A stretch of DNA of 64,000 nucleotides from Tubiluchus corallicola (GCA_030141605.1 JAQGDQ010001054.1:3347-67346), one strand, 5' to 3'. Shown: positions 28,045-40,579, numbered from the stretch's first letter. Notes: generated from the letters alone by a model not told the origin. Numbers and translations are program-made.

Positions 28045-28476
28045 CATCACACCTGAAAACATTAATGTCGAGCTCTTTAGCGCTACCAATGACTGCAAGT
28101 TTTCTTATATCTTATTCCTAAAATTATTAATCTTTTCAACAGGTTCAGCACATATGACAGATACGATTTCAATGCAGCTTTTTTCTTTTTAGGAAATATT
28201 GATTTTGAAGTCTTCTTAAAGATGATTGATGAAAACATTCAGTTGCTCCTTGTCATTTAATATTCCAGTTGCTACCGGTCCTTTGATGAATAATTCTGAA
28301 TCTATTGTGGGAAATCTGATTTGAAACAAAATGTCACACAAGACTGTTCTCTAGTTGAACATATTTTGCGCTAGTTTCTTTCGCTTGCATTCAGCCTCAG
28401 CCCATCTTAAAACGGCTTCAAATAGTTTCCCTTCTTCACTAATTGTCAGTTTATCAAGTTTGACAATCCTCAATAC
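28045..28476 (-). pseudogene. Decayed partial tandem duplicate of the BTB-BACK gene (BACK C-terminus and start of the MATH-like domain)
   Basis: Reads LRIVKLDKLTISEEGKLFEAVLRWAEAECKRKKLAQNMFN*RTVLCDILFQIRFPTIDSELFIKGPVATGILND ... CIEIVSVICAEPVEKINN ... AVIGSAKELDINVFRCD. Collinear with about 29110-29541 but with stops and frameshifts. Confidence 0.92.
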
Positions 28477-28822
28477 ATGATCGTTACTCAAACGCGATGA
28501 GAATAAGATGGTGATGAGCTTCAACACTGAGTTTTGTTTCTGTTGCCGTCTTATTGTTACTACCAGCAGGGAGGACTCTATGCATAAATGACATTGTATA
28601 GGGTCAAAACCTTCTAATTTTTATGCCAATGTCAAAATGTTGACCAAATCATGCAATACAGCTTATACGTGACATTGTTATGCTAATCATAATCAATCAT
28701 GACAAAATGCCTTACTTCTTCAAAATAGGCGGCAATGTACGGGGTGTAAAAATTTATTGGTCTATAAACAATCAATCGTAATTGTAGAAGCATCAGTTTC
28801 AAGAAATGATGTTCCTTTCAAT

Positions 28823-30091
28823 TCATTTTCTAAACAGCATCTTAACTTTTATGCATATTTTTCCATCTTGAATAAACCCGGAAGTAGGGTCCATGACGGT
28901 GCTAAACTGTGCAATATTTGCTGTCCAGAGCCGTTCTTTTGTATCTTCATTTAGGATAGTTTTGAGTGACCTTTGTGGATTATTGTTAATCACTTCAATG
29001 TAACTGCTCTTACACATGCTACGTAAAGTAAGAGAAGAGGAAAGAACTATTAAATTCAAGCAACAGCCTTCACCATGGTTATCTCCAGCAATGGAGCAGT
29101 TTGTATCATCACATCTGAAAAGACGAATGTCAAGCTCATGACTATCACCAATGATTGCAGGATCTGCCCATTCTCTTATTCCTAAATTGTCAATTTCCTT
29201 AACAGGTACAGCACACACGACTAACACGACTTCTATGTAGTTTCTCTGCGTTTTTGGAAATATTGATTCTGATGCCACTTTTTGATGATGATTGATTAGA
29301 ACATTTTCTTGCTCCTCGGCATTTAATATTCCAGTTGCTACCGGTCCTTTAATGAATAACTCTGGATCCATTGTGGGAAATCTGATCTGCAACAAAATGT
29401 CGCCCAAGACTGTTCTCTTGTTGAACACATTTTGCTCTAGGTTCTTTCGCTTACATTCAGCATCAGCCCATCTTAAAACTGCATCAAATAATCTCCCCTC
29501 TTCAGTAATTCTCAGTTCATCAAGTTTGACAATCCTCAATAAGCTGTCGTAGCTCAAGGAAGTAAAACTGTCGGACTCTATAAGTGCTTCTGTCTCGACA
29601 CTAATGACCTCCAAACACTTCATCTCTACATCTCGCCTTTCATAGAAACAAGCAGCTGTCAGAATGGTACAGACGTTATCAGTTGTGATTTCAGATTTAA
29701 GGAAATCAACAGCCAATTTTTCAAGTTCACGGATGTTGTATTTTTTAGCTAAGTAAAGTACGGAAAGAACATTATCACCAGTTAATTCAGCTTTGTCAGT
29801 ATAAATAAATCTCAAAAGCAGCAGGAACACTTCAGGTTCAACATCGGTTATTGGTATGACATCATCAAGTTTATGACACAGCGGCCCAAACAGCATCCTC
29901 TTAAAAACGTCACTTCTGAGTGCAAGTACGTACCGCCTAGCATTGATGATGGTTTCACCAACTGAAAAAGTTACATCACATAATTCCTGGAAATCTTCGT
30001 TACCAAAAACATAAACGTATCTCTCGTTCCAGTCGTCCATCGCATCAACCCTTTCAGCTAGGGTTTTCGGCTCGTCTAATGAAGTTGCCAT
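28823..30091 (-). CDS. BTB/POZ-BACK protein (BTBD3/6-like N-terminus) with C-terminal MATH/TRAF-like domain; putative Cullin-3 adaptor
   Basis: 422-aa single-exon ORF. BTB motifs CDVTFSVG, RYVLALRSDVFKRMLFG, DVEPEVFLLLLRFIYTD, LYLAKKY; BACK motifs EGRLFDAVLRWA, IRFPTM; C-terminal VMDPTSGFIQDGKICIKV resembles the last strands of a MATH domain. Confidence 0.93.
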   Translation of the reverse strand: MATSLDEPKTLAERVDAMDDWNERYVYVFGNEDFQELCDVTFSVGETIINARRYVLALRSDVFKRMLFGPLCHKLDDVIPITDVEPEVFLLLLRFIYTDKAELTGDNVLSVLYLAKKYNIRELEKLAVDFLKSEITTDNVCTILTAACFYERRDVEMKCLEVISVETEALIESDSFTSLSYDSLLRIVKLDELRITEEGRLFDAVLRWADAECKRKNLEQNVFNKRTVLGDILLQIRFPTMDPELFIKGPVATGILNAEEQENVLINHHQKVASESIFPKTQRNYIEVVLVVCAVPVKEIDNLGIREWADPAIIGDSHELDIRLFRCDDTNCSIAGDNHGEGCCLNLIVLSSSLTLRSMCKSSYIEVINNNPQRSLKTILNEDTKERLWTANIAQFSTVMDPTSGFIQDGKICIKVKMLFRK

Positions 30092-30110
30092 TTCTTTTGC
30101 TAACGGAATT

Positions 30111-30147
30111 TACTGACCTACTCTGCTGATCGAGAACTTGTATAAAT
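30111..30147 (-). promoter_or_regulatory. Candidate core promoter of the BTB gene (TATA-like box plus arthropod-type initiator)
   Basis: Minus-strand TATACAAG starts at 30144, 30 nt upstream of the A (30114) of TCAGT, which is 23 nt before the ATG. Confidence 0.4.
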
Positions 30148-30469
30148 GGCTGGTGTAACTACAGACACGAGATGAAGTAATTGAAACTTTGTTCTTTTAA
30201 TCAGTTTTATGTTCTACAATCATTAAAGGTAAACATACAGTCATAATTCTATCATGTCAACGCTGCCTCGCCTTGTACAAACAACTAACTGTGACCTTTG
30301 TACCCTTGGTTTATAAACTTATGACCCCGACTAAGAAAAATAACTCTTTAGTTTGTCCAGTCTACATAGATGAATAACTTAAGCACAAGAAAACTCTCCA
30401 CTTACATAAAGCTCAAGAAATGCATTACAAGTACGTTGATAGTAAATTTTTTGTTAATACAACAAAATT

Positions 30470-30747
30470 TCTCTCTGACAGTAAACTAGCAAGTGTGAAC
30501 TGCTGTGTGAGTTGCCGTCAGTAGGTTTTTTCAAACTCTCTACCACTGCTGCCTGTTCAGTGTGAACGTTTCGACACTATAGTGTTACTCACTACACTCT
30601 TTGCAGCCAATATGGAATCGAGTGTCAACTCGCCCTTATTGTGTTACAGTAACTCGCACCAAAGTCTGAACACACTTGCGAGTTACATAACGAGTTATTT
30701 GACGAGTTACTTGGGGGAGAAAACTCCTTAGTTTGAACACGGGTTTA
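30470..30747. mobile_element. Partial Harbinger-like MITE (related to 42227-42719)
   Basis: gtaaactagcaagtgtgaactgct motif; right end gagaaaactccttagtttgaacacgggt followed by TTA. Confidence 0.5.
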
Positions 30748-30957
30748 AGAGAATTAATGAATAAGAGGGGATAAAAGTAACTCAGTGAGAAATAAAGTGA
30801 GAGATTTGTGAGAGATTTCTTTTGCAAAATAAACATAATCTTGTTGGCCTGGCAATTACTTACCACATGTTGCGTTTGTAAAAACACATTAGTTCGTATA
30901 AAATTCCAATCTAGTTTCATGTATTTTTTACTTTTGGTGTTAGAGATAAAAATATCC

Positions 30958-31088
30958 ATGACGACGATGATGATGATGTTCATGATGATGATGATAATGA
31001 CAATGACGATGATGATAATGATGACGAAGATGATGATGATGATGACGATAATAACAATGACGATGATGATAATGATGACGAAGATGAC
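30958..31088. repeat. (GAT/GAC/AAT)n microsatellite abutting the 3' end of the SINE
   Basis: Directly visible. Confidence 0.9.
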
Positions 31089-31609
31089 AATGGAGTGTGC
31101 GTCAAGAGAGTCAGTTATTGATCACATTGATGGAGCTGCAGCGACGCCTGTGGCTGAGCAGTCCGATCCTTGAACGTCTCCAGGGTGCACATCTCCTGGG
31201 CAAGGTATATGGAGATCCTGAGTTGCCCAGACAAGAGGACCCCCCTCTCTTCCTCCCTGGTGTAGTCCAAAGGAAAGCGGAGCGATAGGTTTGGCACCAG
31301 GTTGGCTGCAGGAGCTGCCGGAGTCAGTGAGCATGCTGCACTGCTCCGCCTTCGGGGCTCCACTCCTGATTTGGAAGGTTTACTCCTCTACACATGGCCG
31401 TTGGGTCACTTGACCTCCTCCACCCTCTAGCCGTTGGCTGCTTGTGCAGCTCCTCCGCCTAGTGTCGAGATACAGTGTGGGCATCCCGCAAGCCTACAGC
31501 ACCTTGTATCCCTAGGCGGTCACCCATCCAAGTACTAACCAGACTATACATTGCTTAACTTCGGTGATCAGACGAGAACCGGTGTTTTCAACGTGATTTG
31601 GCCGTAGTC
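31086..31609 (-). mobile_element. 5S rRNA-derived SINE (SINE3) with bipartite RTE-derived body, copy 1
   Basis: 31609-31490 is a full-length 120-nt 5S-like sequence (gactacggcc...ttagtacttggatgggtgaccgcc...gtgctgtaggctt) with no oligo-T terminator. It is followed by a ~400-bp body shared with 46118-46555; the 3' part encodes SRIGLLSHRRRC (RTE C-terminal zinc-finger remnant) and ends ctccattgtc. Confidence 0.88.
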
Positions 31610-32456
31610 TAGTATGACAAAACTTCTCTGGATTTTGGGCTACCGTACCTCGCTCACAAAGCTCATTTCGGGACAGTCCAATGATCTGAATTTCAAATGG
31701 ACCTCTCAGTCTTTGTCAAAGTTGAAGTATGTCATCATCAATGCCCTCGAGTAAGCGAGATGGGGTGACTGTGACTACACCTTCATGAACGAAGAAGAGT
31801 TTACATTTCTGTCACGCCATATAAAAGTTATTTTCGTTGACATCATTAAACTGTCTGTTAGCTTTTAGACACGTATGTCCTCGGGGACAATTAATCATGT
31901 GGGCAGTGTGTCAAATGTATGCGTTTATTACATCCCGCAGGGGGTAGACTTGGTATGATGCAAAGAAGAACTCATCAAAAGAGATAATATTGGATATTTT
32001 GCGTCATCAACATGGAGATTAACATGAATAGAATTTGATCGATAAAAAACATCAGAGTGAAAGGAGATTTTAGAAAAAGTGACATTTCAGAGAACGATTG
32101 CGAGCTATCATAAAAAAAGAATTTTTTTTACTATACTTTCTATTTGTTCTTGTTTCTTTTTTCTTCTTTCACTTCAAGATAATTCACAGTAGACTGGAGA
32201 AGACTGAAATGTCGTGTCTATTCGTTCGCGTGATAACATTTATTGTGTTGTTAAAAATGTATACTATTACACTGTAATCTGTATTAATGTATCTATGCTA
32301 TACTATATCAGTAATACTAACTGTAGTGTTATTAGGCCGAATTTTTCTTACGAAAAGAAAAAACGGTAAAATTAAATTCAGGTTGCGCAAGGAAAGTATC
32401 AAGGAGCGATGGCACATTAAGTCTGTCATGTCAAATTCAAGTCTTCGGCAATTTTG

Positions 32457-32458
<2 letters not shown>

Positions 32459-32534
<76 letters not shown>

Positions 32535-32638
32535 ATATGTATATGTATGCATATGTATTGTATTTATGTATATATGTATATGTATATAAATATATACGCA
32601 TACATACATACAATCATACACACACACACACACACACG

Positions 32639-32671
<33 letters not shown>

Positions 32672-32708
32672 ATAAACACATATACATACTCACACACATA
32701 TATATATC
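32459..32708. repeat. (GT)n/(AT)n/(AC)n compound dinucleotide microsatellite
   Basis: Directly visible. Confidence 0.95.
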
Positions 32709-33114
32709 TGTCTCTTTTTTCTACATTACAGCAGGGCTTCTATTGCAGCAGCTCGTTTTTATAAAATTGTTGCTCTGAGAGCAACATGGTTATGTAATAC
32801 ATGACTATTTACTAATATAACTAGACTTTATTTAAATTTAGGACCATAATTTTTAATTCAAATGAACATTATTACCTGCCTTAGGAGAAAAAATGTACTT
32901 TACTAACAAGATGATGGCGACGACGATGACGATTATGACAATGTTGCCTATCGTGAAGGCTGTTTAAATGGCTTCAACGCCAGCTTTTCAACGGCCTCAA
33001 AGAAAAAAAAATGTCTATCTATACCGATTCGTAAATATCTGTTTGTTTAACATCTTAAATTACAATGTATTAACAAATTGAATCACTTTTAATTGGTTAT
33101 TTTTTTGTTTTTAG

Positions 33115-34026
33115 GCGTTGATGCTAGGTGGCGCATTATCGCAGGGCTTCAACAATGCCATATCGCTTGGACGACGATTCTCCACCAACACGTTGCCTCA
33201 GACGCAGGGCTTTGTTCAACAAAGAGCGAGGGGGGATCAAATTTTTCCCTTAACAAATAGATTTCAGCAGCGACCGGGAGTGGTTGACCCCAGCGCTTTC
33301 AATGTCCTGGGGCAGCAATTCGTCCAACCCACATCTAACCAACAGCTGAGCTTTTCTCGAGGTGGTAACCAGTTAGGGAGGAGCTCCTTCAACTCCGGGC
33401 AGACGCTGAGCACAAATGATAGGTTCCTAGGCTTGGCCCGACCCGGAATCAACGTGCAGACGCCCAGGGGACAAAACTTCTTGCCGCCCAGTCAACAGTC
33501 TAACCAGGACAGGAGATTCCTAACCATACAGGACTTCAACAATGGTGGCCGGGGTAGGGGTCGTGGCAGAGCAAATCCTGGAAATTTTGTCGCGTTTCGC
33601 AATCAACAACCGAGAGCTCCCAACTTCCAGTCTGCACAGCCGCGTGGACCACCCCAGCAAATTGTACAGCTGGGCACAGGCCAGAATTTGCGTCAGCAGG
33701 TCGCTAACCAACAACAGCAGACACGACTTCCACAAGCTTTTCGCATTGCGGAACAGTTCCAGAACTCCGGTCCAAGATTCGGCCTGCGACAACAACAGGG
33801 CATTCCACTGACAATCATTGACCAACAGCGGGCACAGATTCAGCAGCAACAGCAGATTCAGCAACAATTTCCACAGCGACAGCAACAGCTCCTCCAAACG
33901 CAACAACAGTTGCCAAGTTTTCGTACCCAAACTCCGGTGCAGACACAACCATTGTTCAGGCAGCAAGTGCAAGTCCAGCAACTTCCTTCTAGAGGACAAC
34001 AGCAAATACAACAGCCTGTGCAGCAA

Positions 34027-34058
<32 letters not shown>

Positions 34059-36042
34059 GCCACAACAGCAACGATCTACGCGTGAGCAACAGATAGCCTT
34101 ACAACAACAGCAACAATTAGCACAGCAAAGGCAAGAAATAGAAGAAAGGATGGCAAAAAGGATGGAAGAATTCAAAAGCCGACCAGGTTTGCAGCCACCT
34201 AATAACGTTCCAGTGTTACAACGTCCAGAAGTGTCGGAGTCGGATCGACTAGATGCACTTGGACAACAAACCCGCATACAAATTAACCAACTGCCAGCAT
34301 CACAGACGCAAGAAGCTCAAGCACAAAACCGACTTCCAACCGCCCAACTCCCACAACCACGGCCGCCTCAACCAATTGAGCAAACTCGACAAGCGCAGGC
34401 CTTGCCAAATGGCAGGACTCAGGTAGTACAACCTCGACAACCAATTCAGCAGCAGCAAATCCAAATCAGACAAGATCCCTCACGGGGTCGTCAGTTCCAA
34501 CAGGTACAGGTTCAACAGGGACTTCGTGCTCCTCAAGCAATTCGTTTAGTTCAGGACCTTAATGCTCGCAGTTTGACTCAAACCGGTGCAAGGCAGATCC
34601 CGTCGCAAATACAGACGTCTCAACCACGAACTTTGCCCTTTCCAGGGCTGCGCCAAAGGCTGATAACCAACCAGCAACTTCCCCAACAACAACGGCAACA
34701 GCAGCAGCAGACTCAACTGCCTCACCAGCAGATTTTGCAGCGGCAACGCGGGTTTCCACAGCAACGGATACAAACGCAGCCATTCCCGCAGCCACAAACG
34801 TTTCAGTCACGACAAATTACTCAGCCACGCGTCCAGTTCCCAACAACTCAACTCGGAAGAACACAGTTCCCCAGGACACAGTTTTCCAGGGCGCAGTTTC
34901 CCAGAACTCAAATCCAGCAGACTTCGTTCCCAAGAGCCCAAGGTATTCAGTTTCCACAAAGATTCTCCAGAAATCGCCAAAGTGCACAAGACCGACAGGC
35001 TCAGAGGTTAAAATCCTTTGATATTGGAAATACTCTGCAGACAGCTCTGCAGACAAACGAAGATGGTTCACAGGCAGATCTGCAGGCATTGGCAGATGCT
35101 GCATTTGATCAAACCATTGGTAGGACAACTCTTCCTCCAGCCCCAACTACACGCAAACCAAGGTCCCCAGATGATCTGTTTAATTTTCAATTTGCCGGAG
35201 GCTTTGCCTTGTCGGGTAGAGACCAGGGAAGCGGACTGAAAATTGACCGATCGCCTTCGTTGCAGTTTGGAACAGATCTGAAGCAGCTGGGATTCAATTC
35301 TCAAACTCTTAACGGTCTCACTTTCTTTGACTTCCAAGGTCAAAGGGCTATTGCCCAGAGAATAGCCGCAGAGCAAGAGGAAAGAAGGCGGCGCGTAAAC
35401 GAAGCTAGAGCTGCAAGAGGGCTTCCGCCTCTAGAGGTGACGACGACAACAGAAAAACCTCGAGTTAACTCCTTTTCTCAAGGATTTGCAAGAACTTTTG
35501 GGGTGGGTGATGATGGCCAACAGACCGATTCGCAGTTGATTGACCTGGGCAGCGGAAGAGTGGTATCCAGCCAACCCATTCAATCGCAAGCAAGAAGTCG
35601 CGTGCCATCGTCCCAGCAGACAATTGCAAGACAGACGCAGCCTAGTTCATCTAGAAGTCGCGTGCCGGCATCTCGGACAACTTCAAGACAAACACAACCA
35701 ACCGCATCATCTCGGACGTCAACTTCGGCGCGTCGTCAACAAACAGTCGCTCAGACAAGACCTCGACCCACACTGCCAACCAGAACATCCATAGCAACGC
35801 AGACGAGGACGCAACCTACAGCGCAAACTATACCAATCAGCATTGCGCGGGCGCAGCCAACTGCGCAGACGCAGACGAGGCCGCAGTCAACTGCGCAGAC
35901 GCAGACAAGGCCACAGCCAACACTTCAGTCCACCATTGCTTCGCAACCATCATCCTCATCAACTGCCCAGCAAACAGAGCCTAAACCCACAGAAGCCAAG
36001 CGAGCCCCAGAAGACGAAAATGGAGAAAATGAAAGTCGATGA
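33115..36042 (+). CDS. Large Gln/Arg/Phe/Pro/Thr-rich low-complexity protein, probably secreted or structural; main coding exon
   Basis: 2.9-kb GC-richer ORF with mixed synonymous codons. Strong phase-0 acceptor tttttttgtttttag ends at 33114. Starts ALMLGGALS-Q, which looks like the end of a signal peptide. First ATG at 33121; the true start may lie in an upstream exon that I could not identify. Confidence 0.88.
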
Positions 36043-36138
36043 AATACTCGTCGTATTTATGCTTTTAAATCAAATCGAATATAATGTATTAAATATTTCA
36101 TTACGAGTCAAAGCAAGATAAATTCTGTCAGTGTGGTG

Positions 36139-36153
36139 TTGCCATCTAGTGGC
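36139..36153 (-). promoter_or_regulatory. CTCF-like motif
   Basis: Reverse complement gCCACTAGATGGCAa matches the CTCF core consensus. Confidence 0.45.
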
Positions 36154-36163
36154 AGAAATGATA

Positions 36164-36169
36164 AATAAA
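36164..36169 (+). terminator. Candidate polyadenylation signal of the Gln-rich gene
   Basis: AATAAA about 120 nt after the stop, followed by T-rich sequence. Confidence 0.5.
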
Positions 36170-37214
36170 GATGCGTAAATTTGAAAAACAAGTCCCTTCT
36201 TTTATACAATTTTTTGTTTCATCTGTTGGTTTACTTCCAGAAAATTCCAAACAAGTGGCAGAGAGAGAGGTTTAGATTTAGATTAATTTTGACTGCTAGG
36301 CAAAGAGCTCACAAGTTTATTATTCGAAATCTTATCAATGTCTGTCTGTACATACTGAAATGTGAATTATTTTCAAAAATAAAATTTTATATTGGTGTAA
36401 GAATTTTGGGGACAGTGCGTCTTTTGATTTTAGTTACAATCTTAGTTCGATTATTGTTTTTGCTAACTGAAATAATAGTACATTCGGATCTCGGTTTGCC
36501 AGACGTGTGCCAGACAGAAGCGCGCAGACGTCGGCCTGAATTTGCCTTATTACCGATACTAAACTAATACAGTAGGCGCCGTGTATTAGACTCACGGTAA
36601 AGTAGAATCAATCGTCTGATTGTCTCAAAAACGTCTAGTACGGGCCGCTACTATGCAAAACTACATAAAAGCTGTCGGCAATTGACTTTGACTCAAATAA
36701 CTCTGCATAATTGATTCTATATTTTTCTGCACATCCTTAAATAAGATACTTTTGTGTGACCAATGAGCTTTTACTATCTTTATATCGTCTTACTTATGTC
36801 TTGCCACTTGAACACGGTGAAATGAAGCGTCTTTAACAAGGCGTCTTAACTACATCTGCCACGTGACATATGGGTAAGGTAAAGTCGTCTGCCGCACCAG
36901 TTTGATAACATCAGGTTGTTTTACATGGACATTACTTAATTATGCATTAGTCCGTGCTTAGAGTGATTTACTAGCAGGATCTTGTTTATGAACAAGAAAA
37001 AATGAACTAGGTAAGGTTCTAGCTAGCAGTTAAAACTGTTACTATTACAACAGCTTGGGTTAGAAGGCGTTGTCAAGTGTACACAAATGTGTTGTCTGGT
37101 ACACCTAACCTTTGACCTTTTCACGATCATCATTATTGTTTTACTCATGAAATAATACGGTCCTTGCAATTAGAAGGACATTTTTGTAAAGACTTTTTTC
37201 CAATAAAGAATTGT

Positions 37215-37685
<471 letters not shown>

Positions 37686-38358
37686 TACGGTGTTTCGGAC
37701 GTCACTGAAAATAATTTTAAATTTTTTTAGTTTTTAGTGATTATTAAATGTTTTAAGCTGCCCTGCCATTACTAAAATTACATTATATATAAAAAACGTG
37801 TTATATCGGTATGAAAAATACTCGAGCACTTTGTAGCCAAATTCTGAGTTTATTTCTGTTCTAACTGCTGTTGATTTTTAATATTTTTTTGAAAACACCA
37901 ATGAACTTTTCAAACGCAGTTATAACAGAGATGCCCCCACCACCTACCCGTCCCCCCTGGTGGCTGACTTGTTGTTTTCCCACTTGTGTTATGCCATGCT
38001 GGTTGCTAAAAGCATTGGTCTAATGGAAATATGAACAAAACTTTGTGCCCATATTGTAATGAACAACCGTATTTAGGAGCCGTAATGGAAGAAGAATTAG
38101 CTCACAAATAATCCCTGCCATATTTGTGGCTTGAATGTATGCAGTAAACAGGTACAGGTGCTCAATGATGTAGCTTAACGAATGGATTGTAATAATGATG
38201 TCATGTTAACGGTTTGCTAAAAAACAACATGGCTTCATGGAATACTGGAAAATTACGTTAAAACAACAAGCTTGCAGGTAAGGTTCATCTACAGGTATAC
38301 TTATTGTATACACATATATTAGAAATAGGTATACTAATAGATGATGTATATATATATA

Positions 38359-39033
38359 TATGGAACGCTAAAGTGAAATTTAATGTTTATTTTTGAATAT
38401 TAACAAACAAATTTTGAATATTCATGAATTATTTTTAATATTAATAAATCAGTTTTGAACATTCACAATTCATTTATTAATATTAACGAATCGTGATTGA
38501 ACATTAAAAACCACTTATTTAGTGATATTAATAAATCATTCATGAATATTCAAAATTGACATGTTAATATTTACTCCTGATTGATTTGTTAATATTAAAA
38601 AATGAATTTTGAATATTTAAAACTAATTTTTAATATTCATAATTCATTTACTAATATTAACAAATCACAAATGAATACCAAACATTACTTATTAGTAATA
38701 TTAATAAATAATTCATGAATATTCGGAATTGACATATTAATATTTATAATTGATTTGTTAATATTAAAAAATGAATTATGAATATTCAAAACTAATTTTT
38801 AATATTCATAATTCATTTACTAATATTAACAAGTTGTTAATGAATACTAAAAATTACTTATTAGTAATTCTGATAAATAATTCATGAATATTCAGAATTG
38901 ACATATTAATATTTATAATTGAAATATTAATATCAAAAAAATAAATTATGAATATTCAAAACTGATTATTAATATTCATAAATCATTTATTAATATTAAA
39001 AATAAGCACTAAATTCAACTTTAGAGTTCCATA
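38359..39033. mobile_element. Very AT-rich MITE with ~24-bp TIRs and ~178-bp internal repeats
   Basis: TIRs tatggaacgctaaagtgaaattta / taaattcaactttagagttccata; sits next to a (TA)n run; many internal AATATT palindromes. Confidence 0.78.
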
Positions 39034-39611
39034 AACATAGACTCTATTATAATCATATCAATACATTTCGTGTAATTTGCCTTTTAATTACAGACTTTGA
39101 GATCCTAAATGCACAATTATTAACCCATTTTGCCAATGTTCAATACCTGTGCTGTGCTTTGAAACCACTCATGGCGTTTCCAGGCAAAACTCGTGAAAAT
39201 GAACATAATTATTATAGATTGGTCACACCAACGTTTAATTATATAGGTCAGACGCTCAGGTAGAAGGTTATACCACCCAGGTGTTTGATATATTACTGAC
39301 TAGAAAAATAGAAACCACTTTATTGTCATACTGCACGGGGAAAGTTGATATTTTGAAGCCTTTAAAGTGAAATGGAATTAAATTTGTCGAAAAAAATAAT
39401 CATGTATTATGTTTACGTGCGAGTGATAGTTTGACACGAAGGTAAAGTGATGGAACAATAATTTACAGCAATTATCACCTGTGCAGGTGTAAGTATAACG
39501 TGGCTTCTTCTTAAATTGTGTTAGATTGTTAACAGTTTGACAGTTTAATGGCTTCTAAGTGCTCCAGTGTTACAGGTGGAAGCGAGAAAACAAAGAATGA
39601 ATTGGTTCTCG

Positions 39612-39664
39612 TCACTGTGATAGTTGTTATCGCTATCGTTGTTGTTGTTGTTGTTGCTGTTGTT

Positions 39665-39721
<57 letters not shown>

Positions 39722-39895
39722 CTTGTTCTTGTTGTTTTTGTTGCTGTCGCTGTCACTGTGACTATCGATGTTGTTGTCATCGTTGTTGTTGTTATTGTTG
39801 TTGTTGTTGTTGTTGTTGTTGTTATTGTTGTCGTTGTCGTTGTTGCTGTCACTGTCGATGTTGCTGTTGTCGTTGTTCTTGCTGTTGTTGTTGCG
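39612..39895. repeat. (GTT)n degenerate microsatellite, followed by (TTTG)n-rich sequence to about 40120
   Basis: Directly visible. Confidence 0.95.
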
Positions 39896-40579
39896 TCTAC
39901 TAACAGTTGACGTGAAATGTATTAACCTGGTACTATTTATTTATACTCTTGTTTGCTTGTTTGTTTGTTTGTCTGCGTGTCTTTCTGTTTGCTTGTTTGT
40001 CAGTCTCTTTGAATGTTTGTTTGTTTGTTTGTTTATTTCATTGACTGTCTGCTCTTTCTTCGTTTTTTTTTGCTTTTTATAAGTCAGCCTGTCAGTCTGT
40101 TTGTATGTTTGTTTGTTTGCAGGATCAGTCCTTGACGTACTTAAAGGAAAGTGGTTAGAATTTTCTCTTTTTATTTTTTTTTTCTATTATATAATTTTGG
40201 GCGTCATGTAAATATGTTACTAATTATATTTGTAAATATGGCAATGGTCTGATTGTGTTGTTTAGTAGATATATATATCCAAGATATATATATATTGTTT
40301 AGTATATATATATATATAAGCAGTTATCTAATACCTAAGGCAAGTACCAAATTCGGCAATCACGTGACCAGCAAGGGATAATCATGGAGAGACACGCACT
40401 TCAACCTGTTCCGAAACGTCAAGAGAACGTAGCGTGGACGGAAGTGATATAAACACTCGAGTTTAATTATCTGTGATGTATCCCACAAGGCATTGCAGCT
40501 GAATATCATATTAAGCCTAGTACGCGTGACCAGTGCTAGTCGCGAGAAAATGTTAAAATTTTCTGAGCGACACACGTGA

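Noticed and set aside
31490-31609. Functional 5S rRNA gene (also 46556-46674)
   Set aside because: No oligo-T terminator, the two copies differ at many positions, and both continue into the same RTE-derived body.
32208-32260. MSCLFVRVITFI as the signal-peptide exon of the Gln-rich gene
   Set aside because: It would give a plausible signal peptide, but the phase-0 donors available (gtgata, gtgttg) are poor; unsupported without transcripts.
33264-35794. Overlapping and antisense ORFs within the Gln-rich gene (e.g. poly-Cys 33858-34277)
   Set aside because: Shadows of CAG/CAA-rich coding sequence.
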